A DNA stretch of 64,000 nucleotides from an uncultured Chloroflexia bacterium (GTDB lineage: Bacteria; Chloroflexota; Dehalococcoidia; DSTF01; WHTK01). A model generated the notes under the pieces. It saw only the letters and a program-made list of their open reading frames with translations, searched no databases and was not told the DNA's origin. Below are positions 1 to 8,662 of this stretch, piece after piece (positions within the stretch are counted from its first letter, which is position 1; each line of letters starts with the position of its first letter). The stretch lies in assembly GCA_963766645.1 (NCBI GenBank), contig CAVYAY010000003.1:416554-480553 (forward strand). The letters are read 5' to 3'. Made by a program: the position numbers and the translations under genes.

Positions 1-1291
1 GCGCCTTCGCCTCGGCTGCTTCCACCGGCGCGTTATGCGTATCGCCATCATTGATGCAAATCGTTGCGCTGTTGCCGTCCTCGCCCAGCTTCGCCCCCCA
101 GCCACCACCCAGCGGTCCCAGCTGCCCGAAGAACACGCGTCCGGTCCCCGGCTCGAAGCCGTGCGGGCTGGCGGAGATCAGATCGGCGTGATGTCCCGCT
201 GCCACACGGTCGGGACAGGCGTCCGCGACCGCCTTGAACACCGTGTCGACCACGGTCATCGGGATCGTCATCCACATCCGCATCGGTGACGGCTTCGTCG
301 CGCTCACGACGCGCCCCGGCGGCAGCACGATCTTCAGCGGCCGGAACGACCCTTCGTTGATCGGCAGCAGGACCGGCGTCGTCAGGCACTTGAACGCCAC
401 TTCGCAGGCCGAGCGTCCAGCGGTCGCGCCCGAGTTGTAGTGGCCCGCCACCTGCAAACTGACGTCCGACAAGTCGATCGTCATCTCGTCGCCCCGAATC
501 TCCACACGTACCTTGATCGGCAGCGGCTTGCCCAACACGACTCCGTCATCGTCCATGAACGACTCGCCCTCGTAGACGCCGTCCGGGATCGCGCCCACAG
601 CCGCCCGCGCCTGGCGCTCGCTCTGGTCGTAGATCATCTCGATGCTCTGCTTGAACGCCTCTGAACCGTACCGCTGCAGCAACCGTGCTAGCCGTCGCTC
701 CCCCGTCCGGATCGCCGCCACCTGGGCCCGGAAGTCGCCCATCGCCAACTCCGGCAGGCGCACGTTCATCCGGATGATCGCGGTCAGCTCCTCATCTTGC
801 TTCCCAGCCTTGAATATCTTCACGAACGGCAGCTGCAAGCCCTCCGAGAAGATGTCGCGCGTCCCGCTGCCAAGGACGCCGCCGACGTCCTGCCAGTGCG
901 CCATCGACGACGAAAACGCCACGAGCTCGCCCTCGTGGAACACCGGCATCGTGAAGATCATGTGGTTGAGGTGGCTGCCCATGATGTACGCATCGTTGGT
1001 CAGCAGGATGTCACCCGGCTCTATGTTCTCGCGCCCCCAGAAGGCCAACTTTGCCTTGATCGTGTCGGACAGGCCGCGGATGAACATCGGCAGGCCTAGG
1101 CCTATCGAGATCGTATTTCCCTCCGCGTCGAACAGCCCAACGGTGAAGTCTTCGGCCTCGTAAATGATCATGTTGTAGGCGGTCCGCATCAGGTTCGTCT
1201 TCATCTCGTCCGTGATCGAGACGACGGCGTTACGCACGACCTCCGCGGTAATCGCGTCCACCGTCTGTGTCCTGGCTTCAGTTGAACTCAT
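1..1291 (-). CDS. Hydantoinase B/oxoprolinase family protein (HyuB-like); 3' end runs off the window
   Basis: Absent from the ORF track because it has no in-window stop. My minus-strand translation from ATG 1291..1289 reads MSSTEARTQTVDAITAEVVRNAVVSITDEMKTNLMRTAYNMIIYEAEDFTVGLFDAEGN...AYIMGSHLNHM...MAHWQDVGG..., typical of the hydantoinase_B family. Its ATG overlaps the TGA of the upstream gene (ATGA). Confidence 0.9.
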   Translation of the reverse strand, partial: MSSTEARTQTVDAITAEVVRNAVVSITDEMKTNLMRTAYNMIIYEAEDFTVGLFDAEGNTISIGLGLPMFIRGLSDTIKAKLAFWGRENIEPGDILLTNDAYIMGSHLNHMIFTMPVFHEGELVAFSSSMAHWQDVGGVLGSGTRDIFSEGLQLPFVKIFKAGKQDEELTAIIRMNVRLPELAMGDFRAQVAAIRTGERRLARLLQRYGSEAFKQSIEMIYDQSERQARAAVGAIPDGVYEGESFMDDDGVVLGKPLPIKVRVEIRGDEMTIDLSDVSLQVAGHYNSGATAGRSACEVAFKCLTTPVLLPINEGSFRPLKIVLPPGRVVSATKPSPMRMWMTIPMTVVDTVFKAVADACPDRVAAGHHADLISASPHGFEPGTGRVFFGQLGPLGGGWGAKLGEDGNSATICINDGDTHNAPVEAAEAKA

Positions 1292-3345
1292 ACGACCGCT
1301 CCAACCGTGATCACCAGGTGCCCGAACTCGTTGACCGTGGCGCGGTCTGTCGGACTCAGCACCGTCACCGACGCAGCTTCCTCGATCACCGCCGGCCCCT
1401 CAATCTGATTTCCTGCCAGCAATCGCTCCCGGTCGTACACCGCGCACGCCACCGTCCCGGCCGCCTCAAAGCTGACGTCCCTTGTACCACGTCTCGCGCC
1501 TGTCTCGGGCTCTACGCCACCCTGCGCCAACTCGGGCAGCACCGGCTTCTCCAGGCGTCCCACGACCGAGACCCGCAGGCTGACTATCTCCGCCGGCTCA
1601 TCCGCGGCGCTGTGGCTGAAACGCTGCTCATGCGCCGCGTCGAAAATCTGCTTGATTGCCGCTCGCGAGGCCTCGTCCAGCGGCCAGCCGGGCATTGCTA
1701 CTCCAACCGCGTGCTCCTGGCCCACGTACCGCATATCCGCCGAACGCTCGAAAACAACGCCCACGGGCTGCACCCCCGATTCCGCCAGAGCGGCCTCGCC
1801 CTCCGCCTGCAGCTGTCTGAACAGGGCCTCGACATCCTCCATCGGCACGTCTGCCAGTCGCATGAAGGCCGTCTGCACGTAGTCCCGCCGCAGGTCTGCC
1901 TGCAGCATGCCGAACGCCGAGAAGTGGCCCGGCGCCTCCGGCACGATCACCGTCCCGATCGATAGCTCCCTGGCCACGTTCGCCGCGTGGAGCGGCCCCG
2001 CGCCGCCGTAAGCCACCAGCGTGAAGTCTCGCGGGTCCAGGCCACGTTCCAGCGTGACGTGGCGCACGGCGTTCGCCATCGACGCCGTCGCGATCTCGAG
2101 AATGCCGGCCGCCGCCCGCTCGAGGCCCAGCCCCAACGGCTGCGCCACGCGCACTTTCAAGGCTTCCGTAGCCGCCAGCCGGTCCAGCGTCATCTCGCCG
2201 CCCAGGAAGTCAGCCGGCGACATCCGCCCCAGGACCACGTTCGCGTCCGTGATCGTCGGTTCCCAACCGCCGCGTCCGTAACACACGGGACCCGGCTCGG
2301 CACCGGCGCTCTGCGGCCCAACGTGCAGCGCACCGCCTTCATCGACCCAGGCAATGCTGCCGCCACCTGTACCGACCTCAACGATGTCCAGGACCGGGAT
2401 CCGAATCGCCAGCCCTTCGTTGTAGCCGCCCAGGAAGTAATCCGATGAGAACGTCGGCTGGCCCCGCTGCACCACGCACGCCTTCGCCGTCGTCCCGCCC
2501 ATGTCGAACGCGATCACCGATTCCAACCCCAGCGCCTCGCACAGGCTCATCGTCCCAACCACACCCCCTGCAGGCCCTGACTCCATCATCTGGATGCACA
2601 GCCGCCGCGCCGTCTCCAGGTCATAGAGCCCGCCGTTGGACTGCATGATCATCAGGTCACCGGCGAATGCGTCGTCCCGCAGGCGTGTCTCCAGCTGGCC
2701 CAGGTAGCTGCTGACAGTCGGCCCCACAAACGCGTTCGCCGCCGTTGTCGAAGTCCGCTCGTACTCGCGGTATTCCCGCGACAGCTCGTGCGACGCCACG
2801 ACGAACAAGGACGGGTCCGCTTCGAGCAGAATTTCCCGCATCCGCGTCTCGTGCTCCGGGGCGCGGTAAGCGTGCAGGAAGACAATGCCGACCGCCTCGA
2901 CGCCTTCGTCCTTGAGGATGCGGGCGACTTCCCGCGCAGCAGCCTCGTCCAGCGGTGTCTGCACCGAGCCATCGGCCAGCATCCGCTCCCGCACCTCGAA
3001 GATCAGCTCTCGTGGCACCAGCGGTTTGTGCTTCTTGAAGTGCAGGTTGAAGGATTCCGGCCGGTTGATCCGCCCGATCTCGTAGACGTCGCGGAAGCCC
3101 TTCGTCGTCACGATCGCGGTCCGCGCGCCTTTGCGCTCGATGATCGCGTTCACCACCACGGTCGAGCCGTGGATCAGGGACGTTACCTCATCCAGGCGTG
3201 CGTTGGACTTGCCCAGGGCGTCCTGCACCCCGCGCGCCAGCTCCCCCGGTGTGCTCAGCGCCTTCGACAGCGAGACCTCGCTCGTCGCCTCGTCGAAGAC
3301 GACGACGTCAGTGAAGGTCCCGCCGATATCCACGCCGACACGCAT
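1288..3345 (-). CDS. Hydantoinase A / N-methylhydantoinase A / oxoprolinase family protein (HyuA-like)
   Basis: 685-aa ORF. N-terminus MRVGVDIGGTFTDVV is the ASKHA-type ATPase motif of hydantoinase_A. Translationally coupled to the HyuB-like gene. Confidence 0.9.
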   Translation of the reverse strand: MRVGVDIGGTFTDVVVFDEATSEVSLSKALSTPGELARGVQDALGKSNARLDEVTSLIHGSTVVVNAIIERKGARTAIVTTKGFRDVYEIGRINRPESFNLHFKKHKPLVPRELIFEVRERMLADGSVQTPLDEAAAREVARILKDEGVEAVGIVFLHAYRAPEHETRMREILLEADPSLFVVASHELSREYREYERTSTTAANAFVGPTVSSYLGQLETRLRDDAFAGDLMIMQSNGGLYDLETARRLCIQMMESGPAGGVVGTMSLCEALGLESVIAFDMGGTTAKACVVQRGQPTFSSDYFLGGYNEGLAIRIPVLDIVEVGTGGGSIAWVDEGGALHVGPQSAGAEPGPVCYGRGGWEPTITDANVVLGRMSPADFLGGEMTLDRLAATEALKVRVAQPLGLGLERAAAGILEIATASMANAVRHVTLERGLDPRDFTLVAYGGAGPLHAANVARELSIGTVIVPEAPGHFSAFGMLQADLRRDYVQTAFMRLADVPMEDVEALFRQLQAEGEAALAESGVQPVGVVFERSADMRYVGQEHAVGVAMPGWPLDEASRAAIKQIFDAAHEQRFSHSAADEPAEIVSLRVSVVGRLEKPVLPELAQGGVEPETGARRGTRDVSFEAAGTVACAVYDRERLLAGNQIEGPAVIEEAASVTVLSPTDRATVNEFGHLVITVGAVV

Positions 3346-3361
3346 CGATTCCCGCTCCCGA

Positions 3362-3682
3362 CTATGTGCAGCGGTGGTTGGCGAGATAGCCCTTCAGCCA
3401 CTCCTGCCACGCCGCGTCAATTGATCTCAGCGTCGTCTCGGCATCCCCGTCCCGCACCAGCGCCACTAGACGCAGGTCCGTTCCCTCGAGGTGCGGGTCG
3501 GCGCAGTACTGCGGCCTCACCACGATTTCGCCACCGCGTTCCAGTTCGGCCAGTTCCTCTTCGAAGGCGTCCGGCCGCGGCGCGGCCCAAAGTAGCGAGT
3601 CCGCCAGCTCGGCTACGAACCGTGCCGGCCGCGCGCCGCTTTCCAGCCGCTCCAGTATCAGCATGCGCAGCGAGTCACCCAT
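3362..3682 (-). CDS. Hypothetical small protein upstream of the hydantoinase pair
   Basis: 106-aa ORF on the same strand, 16 nt upstream of hyuA-like. Normal amino-acid composition. No family recognised. Confidence 0.5.
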   Translation of the reverse strand: MGDSLRMLILERLESGARPARFVAELADSLLWAAPRPDAFEEELAELERGGEIVVRPQYCADPHLEGTDLRLVALVRDGDAETTLRSIDAAWQEWLKGYLANHRCT

Positions 3683-3699
3683 CGCGTCGATTCTAGCGC

Positions 3700-4662
3700 T
3701 CAGTTCGAAGGCGGCGCGTAGTGCCCGAACGTGCTCTCGTAGTCGCGCTGCTGCTCTCTCGGCAGAAACTCGCTCTCCAGCCGGGTGATGTCATCGTGAC
3801 TGAACGACGCGAACGTGTCGAAGCGCACGCGGCCCCATTTACTCTCGGTTGCCGCCGCGCGACGCTCGTCTAGCGCTGCCTGCCCGCTCTGCTTCAGTTC
3901 GTTCAGCAGATCCCACGTCGCCTGCAGGCCCAGCGAAGACGTCATGCCCGGGAACAGGCACGCCGCCACGCCCATATCCTCCAGGTCCTGCAGAGTCGGT
4001 GCCGGCGGCGGCCCGCCGAAGTGCGGGATCACCGCTCCCGGGATCTTCTCCGCCGCAATACGCACCTCGTCCATGGTCTGGACGTTGTTCAGCCAGATCA
4101 GGTCGACGTGTGCCTCCTCGACATACGCGATGCAGCGCTCCACCGCCTCCTGGAACGACCCGTTCTCCGCGCCGATCAGGTCGCAGCGCGCGCAGATCAC
4201 GAAGTCCGGGTCAAGCTCCTGCTTCGCTGCCATCGCCGCCTTGAATTTCCCGAGCGCTTCGGCCTGCGAGATGCATTTGCGCCCTGCACCCGTCCCGGAC
4301 CGCTTCGGGAACTCCTGGTCCTCGATATGCAGTCCCGCCGCGCCGGCTCGGATGTAGCCCCGCACCGCGTGGTACACGTTCAGCGCGTTGCCGTACCCCG
4401 TATCAGCGTCGACGAAGATCGGGATACGGCACGCCGCCGTCACGCGCTGCGTCACCTGCGTCATCTCCTCGCGGCCCATGAAGCCCACATCTGGCAGGCC
4501 GTAAACGTAAGCCGCCGTCTGCGAGCCGGCCAGGAAGAACGACTCCAGCCCAGCCTCCTGGACCATCCGCGCGGCGATCGGGCTGAACCCGCCCGGCATC
4601 AGCAGCAGCTTCTCCTCCTTCAGCAATCGCTGGAATCGAGTTGTTACCTTCTCGTTAGCCAT
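3700..4662 (-). CDS. Isocitrate lyase / PEP mutase superfamily protein (methylisocitrate lyase / carboxyvinyl-carboxyphosphonate phosphorylmutase-like)
   Basis: Motifs FVDADTGYGN and HIEDQEFPKR. Start chosen at ATG 4662 (MANEKVTTRF...), preceded by GGAGG. The upstream 99 codons of the track ORF are Arg/His/Gly-rich junk. Confidence 0.85.
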   Translation of the reverse strand: MANEKVTTRFQRLLKEEKLLLMPGGFSPIAARMVQEAGLESFFLAGSQTAAYVYGLPDVGFMGREEMTQVTQRVTAACRIPIFVDADTGYGNALNVYHAVRGYIRAGAAGLHIEDQEFPKRSGTGAGRKCISQAEALGKFKAAMAAKQELDPDFVICARCDLIGAENGSFQEAVERCIAYVEEAHVDLIWLNNVQTMDEVRIAAEKIPGAVIPHFGGPPPAPTLQDLEDMGVAACLFPGMTSSLGLQATWDLLNELKQSGQAALDERRAAATESKWGRVRFDTFASFSHDDITRLESEFLPREQQRDYESTFGHYAPPSN

Positions 4663-4691
4663 ATCTGCCTCCAAGTCCACCACGGCGGGCG

Positions 4692-5474
4692 CTAAGACTC
4701 GCGCAATACCGGGTTCCTCAGCGTCCCGATGCCCGTGATTTCGATGCTCACCGTGTCGCCGTGCTTGATGTTCTCCGGCACGCCATCCGTTCCCAGCCAC
4801 ATGATGTCGCCGGGATAGATCGTGTTGTACTTCGACACCTCGGAAATGAACGTGGCAGCCGAGAAGATCATGTCGTTCGTCTCGAAGTCCTCGACCAGCC
4901 GGTCGTTGACCCAGACCTTGGTGCGCATGCCCTCCAGCGGTACGTCCGTCACGATCCACGGCCCCATCGGCTTAAACGTGTCCGTGTTCTTGCTGCGCCA
5001 GAAAGTGCGGTCCTTGGCCTGCCACTGGCGCTCGCTGACGTCGTTGCCTATCGTCCAACCCATGACGCAGTCCAGCGCCTCTTCTTTCGACACGTTCCGC
5101 GCCCTTTTGCCGAAGACCGCCACCAGCTCGCCCTCGTACTGCACCTCCTCCGACGCGTCCTTCGGGATGACAATCGGCTCGCCGTGCGCGATCAGCGCGT
5201 TGTTGGCCCGGTACCCGATATCGGCCTGAGTCGGAAACACGGGTTCCACGCCGCGCATCGCCGCCATCCTGCGCACGTGGTCGCGGTAGTTGATCCCGGC
5301 GCAGTAGAAGTTCGAAGGCACCACAGGCACCAGCAGCTTTACCGTCGAAAAGTCATGCGTCTGGCCCGTCAGCGCGTACTCGCCAAACGGCCCGCCCTCC
5401 ACCTCCGAAACCTTCTCGCCCTCGACGATCCCGTAGCGCGGCGAACCGTCGACTTCAAATCGGCACCAGATCAT
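4692..5474 (-). CDS. Fumarylacetoacetate hydrolase (FAH) family protein
   Basis: 260-aa ORF. Shows ...GINYRDH..., YEGELVAVFGK... and GTPxG-like GTDGVPENI, a typical FAH-fold C-terminal domain. Confidence 0.85.
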   Translation of the reverse strand: MIWCRFEVDGSPRYGIVEGEKVSEVEGGPFGEYALTGQTHDFSTVKLLVPVVPSNFYCAGINYRDHVRRMAAMRGVEPVFPTQADIGYRANNALIAHGEPIVIPKDASEEVQYEGELVAVFGKRARNVSKEEALDCVMGWTIGNDVSERQWQAKDRTFWRSKNTDTFKPMGPWIVTDVPLEGMRTKVWVNDRLVEDFETNDMIFSAATFISEVSKYNTIYPGDIMWLGTDGVPENIKHGDTVSIEITGIGTLRNPVLRES

Positions 5475-5492
5475 TCCTCATCTCCTCGCAGG

Positions 5493-6024
5493 CTACTCAG
5501 CCGGGCTGCTCGCCGGCGCCCCCACCGGGAATAACGACGACAGGTAAATCACGACCGCCACCTTCCCATCGTTGCGCGCCATGTGAACCATCCCCGGCGT
5601 CTCCAGCACCGCGGTTCCGGGCGTCAGGTCCACCGTCTCACCAGCTCCTACCGTCTGGCTACGCGCCGACGCCGTTCCCGAATCATGAGTCACCTGCCAC
5701 CTCGCCCTCGATCACAAAGTAAGTCAACGTCCCCTCGACGATGACTGCCTGCTGCAACCCCGGGTGCGTGTGCGGCGCTATCTCCATCCCCGCCGGGATA
5801 ATCACGCGCGTCAGCTGGAGTAGCTGACCCGCCGCGCTCGCCGGCTCCCCCTCCTCGATGACCTGGCGCGTGATTGCATCGATGCCGTCCGCCGGCTGCA
5901 ACACATCGCCGCGACCGCCATCATCGTCACCGCCGCAGGCCGCAACCAGCAGTCCCAGCGCCAAGACCGCGACAACCGTCAGACCGAAGACGCGCCCCAT
6001 CATCAACTTGCCCCTCTGTCGCAT
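5493..6024 (-). CDS. Cupin-domain lipoprotein, split by one frameshift near 5690 in this assembly
   Basis: N-terminal piece 5683..6024 has a signal peptide with lipobox (LLVAAC) and a cupin motif (PHTHPG). C-terminal piece 5493..5693 in another frame completes the barrel (...TPGMVHMARNDG...). The frame switch must lie within about 6 nt of 5690. Confidence 0.7.
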
Positions 6025-6030
6025 GACGGC

Positions 6031-6570
6031 CTACTCCTCCAGCTCGAAACGCTCCCCATTCACCGTCACCTGCAGCTCCACGGGCGTCGGCTTACGCAGC
6101 GCCGCTATCGTGAAGCAGCTCGCCTCCGCCAGCCTCACCAGCTGCTTCACGCGCTCGGGCGGCTCGTCGCTGTCCAGCGAAAGCTCCGTCGTCAGCGAGT
6201 CCGCGAAGGCCTCGATGTCACCCGCCAGCACCGACCCGGTCCGCGAATAGAGCCCGTGGACCTTGATGTTCGCGTTGCGAAACTCGATCTTTAGACCCCG
6301 TGCAACCTGCACGAGCTGAGTCGCCAGTCAAAACCCAACAGCGATCGTGAAGTAGCTCAGCGGCGAGGGCGCCGTGTCCGTACCGCCCAGGCGCGCGCCC
6401 TCGTCGCAGCGCACCGCAAACCCGCCGACGGTCCCTGTCTTGAGGTGGTCTTCGAGCAGTGTCACCTCGGCCAGAAAGTACGGCCCCTGGCGTCCGTCGT
6501 CTCGCTGCGGCATGGCGTAATCCGGGTCCCTCGGCATCGGCGCGGGGACATCGTTCCACTGATTCGTCAT
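6031..6570 (-). CDS. OsmC/Ohr-family peroxiredoxin-like protein with an in-frame TGA (6328..6330) at the peroxidatic Cys position; candidate selenocysteine protein
   Basis: Track ORFs 6328..6570 and 6031..6312 share one frame and are separated only by TGA. Joined, ...TAPSPLSYFTIAVGF-[TGA]-LATQLVQVARGL... matches the OsmC motif around the first Cys. The second Cys motif (AEASCF) is retained. Confidence 0.7.
6299..6313 (-). promoter_or_regulatory. Putative bacterial SECIS hairpin downstream of the OsmC-like TGA
   Basis: The mRNA reads UGA-CUGGCGACUCAGCU-CGUGC-AGGUU-GCACG. That is a perfect 5-bp stem, extendable by U.G and C-G pairs, with a GGU-containing apical loop about 23-27 nt from the UGA. 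It resembles E. coli fdhF GUUGC-AGGUC-UGCAC as I recall it. Confidence 0.55.
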
Positions 6571-6653
6571 GTGTGCCTCCTGACGCCGCCCAGTATAGGG
6601 TGGACTCAGCTTGGTATGATGTCGGGCGTAACGTTACGTAAACGAGGCCGCCG

Positions 6654-7466
6654 GTGACCCCGCCCAAAGCTGTCCTCATCGCCCTCATTGCCTTCGCCGC
6701 GATGTCCACCGCCGGCTACGTGACGGCCAGCTTTGCCCTGCTGGGCGCTGACGAGCCCAATACGACGCACGCCGAAAGTCGCATCTCTGTCGTCGGAAGC
6801 TCGCTGCTCGGAGCCCCGCAGCGCCAGAACCGGACGCTCCTCGAGCTCACCGCGACGGACTCGCCCACCGCAACCCTGACCGCCACCGCGGAACCGTCTG
6901 CCACGCCAACCGAGATGCCGCCCACAGCCACACCCGAATCACCGACCGAAACGCCGGAACCACCGACGCCAACCCTCGAGCCGCCCACCGCGACGCCCGT
7001 ACCTCCAACTCCAACGCCTGAACCGCCGACGCCCACGCCCGTACCTTCAACACCAACGCCTGAACCCCCGACGCCCACGCTAACTCCGTTACCGCCCACC
7101 GCTACGCCAACGCAAGTCCCGCCGCCACCTGCCGGCTCCGGTCTCGTGCTCGGCAGCATCACGCCCTACGCCGACTCCCTCGCCGGGTCGAATATGGGCT
7201 GCAGCGGCGCCGGCCCGTACGACCCCGGCGACGCCACGGTCATCGCTGTCGGGCCCCAGCACTACGACGACTGGCCCTGCGGCACGCAACTCGGCATCTG
7301 CGGCATCGACGCCAACGGCATCATCACCGGCTGCATCGTCGGCGTCCGCCAGGACTCTTGCCCCGGCTGCACTGAGAACCACCTTGACGTTTCCCGCGCC
7401 GCCTTCGAAATCATCTGCGGCCCCGCTGCCAACCGCTGCAACGTCGTAGTCACACCACTCTCGTAG
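6654..7466 (+). CDS. Secreted/anchored protein with a Pro-Thr-rich linker and a C-terminal RlpA/expansin-like double-psi beta-barrel (DPBB) domain
   Basis: N-terminal hydrophobic anchor (VLIALIAFAAMSTAGYV). Long EPPTPTP repeats. The C-terminal Cys-rich segment ...DSCPGCTENHLDVSRAAF... resembles DPBB/barwin-like domains. Confidence 0.65.
   Translation: MTPPKAVLIALIAFAAMSTAGYVTASFALLGADEPNTTHAESRISVVGSSLLGAPQRQNRTLLELTATDSPTATLTATAEPSATPTEMPPTATPESPTETPEPPTPTLEPPTATPVPPTPTPEPPTPTPVPSTPTPEPPTPTLTPLPPTATPTQVPPPPAGSGLVLGSITPYADSLAGSNMGCSGAGPYDPGDATVIAVGPQHYDDWPCGTQLGICGIDANGIITGCIVGVRQDSCPGCTENHLDVSRAAFEIICGPAANRCNVVVTPLS
6880..7130 (+). repeat. Imperfect tandem nucleotide repeats encoding the (E/V)PPTPTP linker
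   Basis: Repeating units such as acgcccgtacctccaactccaacgcctgaaccgccg / acgcccgtaccttcaacaccaacgcctgaacccccg are visible in the sequence. Confidence 0.8.
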
Positions 7467-7524
7467 CCAGCCAACCAGCCTCGGCGACTCACCAACGTCC
7501 AGTCGTCTGGCCAGGTCAGCGAGT

Positions 7525-7548
7525 GTAGCGGGAGCGCAGCTTCTAAGG
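7525..7548 (+). repeat. R1 element, internally deleted mini-copy
   Basis: gtagcgggagcgcag|cttctaagg joins the R1 5' end directly to the central ttctaaag motif (compare 31257-31320). Lies in a convergent intergenic gap. Confidence 0.5.
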
Positions 7549-7595
7549 CTCCGTCTCATCGATCGAGGGGCGCGTGAGAATCAGCCCCTCGGGCT

Positions 7596-8561
7596 TCACA
7601 TCTTCAGCAGCCGCTTCGCATTCCCGCTGAGGATCTTCTCCTTGTCCTCCGAAGACACCTGCAGCGACTCCATCCACTCCGTCCCCGGCGGGTTCTCCAC
7701 GTACGGATAGTCGATCGAGTACAGGATGCGGTCGATCCCCATCTCGAGCATGCTGCATACCAGCGCCGGCGTCGAAAAGTTCCCGCTCGTCGTGATCCAG
7801 AAGTGCTTCGCGAACAGCTCCTGAAACTCGATTGGCGCGTTGCCCGGCCGTTGCAGCGCCATGTTGATCCGCCACAGCAGGAACGGCAGGCCTTCGCCCA
7901 TGTGACCCAGGATCAGCTTTAGGTTCGGAAACTCCTCGAACGCCCCGCTCAGCACCATCCGGACCGCCTGCGTCGCCGTCTCAACCGTGAAGCCCCACGC
8001 CGCCGTCAGCAATCCCGGGTACTTAGACAGGTAGTCGCGATAATAGGTATCCACCACGGCACGCTCCGGCACCGCCGGATGCAGGTAGATCGGCACGTCC
8101 AGTGCCGCCGCGCGCTCCAGGATCGGCCAGAACCGCTGGTCGTCGAAGAACACACCATTTGTCAGGCCGTGCACCATCGCGCCCTTGAAGCCCAGCTGCT
8201 TCACCGTACGCTCCAGCTCATCCGCCGCCGGGCCTGGCTCAGCCGTCGGCAACGCTGCGAAGCCGGCGAACCGCGTCGAGTGAGCCGCCACCGTCTCCGC
8301 CAGCCGGTCGTTCACTTCGCGTGCCAACGTGATCGCCTGCTCGCCCGACAGCCGCTGCGTCGAAGGCGCCCCGTGCGACAGCACCTGCACGTCGATTCCC
8401 GCCTCGTCCATCTCACGAAGGCGCAGCTCGCCGGTATCCTCCAGCCGCTTCCGCACTTCCGACTCCGAAGCGCCGCCCAGCACGGTCGGATACGTCGCCA
8501 CCAGCGCCGCATCGTAGTAGTGCTCCTCCAACGCGATCACAAACTTCCCGGTAATAGCCAT
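7596..8561 (-). CDS. Amidohydrolase_2 family protein (ACMSD / gamma-resorcylate decarboxylase-like)
   Basis: 321-aa ORF. The N-terminal FVIALEEHYY motif is typical of non-oxidative decarboxylases of this family. C-terminal ...YSIDYPYVE. Confidence 0.8.
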   Translation of the reverse strand: MAITGKFVIALEEHYYDAALVATYPTVLGGASESEVRKRLEDTGELRLREMDEAGIDVQVLSHGAPSTQRLSGEQAITLAREVNDRLAETVAAHSTRFAGFAALPTAEPGPAADELERTVKQLGFKGAMVHGLTNGVFFDDQRFWPILERAAALDVPIYLHPAVPERAVVDTYYRDYLSKYPGLLTAAWGFTVETATQAVRMVLSGAFEEFPNLKLILGHMGEGLPFLLWRINMALQRPGNAPIEFQELFAKHFWITTSGNFSTPALVCSMLEMGIDRILYSIDYPYVENPPGTEWMESLQVSSEDKEKILSGNAKRLLKM

Positions 8562-8590
8562 TCGTTTTCTCCTGTCATCACCGCTTTACT

Positions 8591-8632
8591 GAAGTTGCAG
8601 GTTCAACCCGCAGCGAGGGCGCAGCCCTGTGC
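8591..8632 (+). repeat. Degenerate R2 hairpin plus R1 5'-end fragment
   Basis: gaagttgcaggttcaacccgcag followed by cgagggcgcagccctgtgc. Confidence 0.4.
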
Positions 8633-8662
8633 TGAAGTCGATTGATCTGTACCCTCTTTCGC

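Noticed and set aside
3700-4959. Long version (419 aa) of the ICL/PEP-mutase gene overlapping the FAH gene
   Set aside because: The first 99 codons are Arg/His/Gly-rich and overlap the FAH coding sequence. ATG 4662 has a GGAGG RBS and gives a family-typical N-terminus.
6328-6330. Genome-wide TGA reassignment (code 4/25) as the explanation for the in-frame TGA in the OsmC-like gene
   Set aside because: Many well-supported genes in the window terminate at TGA at the expected positions (for example hyuA-like, hom and the MFS at 42286). TGA is therefore a normal stop here, and site-specific Sec recoding fits better.
6218-6709. 163-aa minus-strand ORF overlapping the OsmC-like gene and the DPBB gene start
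   Set aside because: It is out of frame with the OsmC homology, Arg/Gly/Ala-rich, and crosses an intergenic region.
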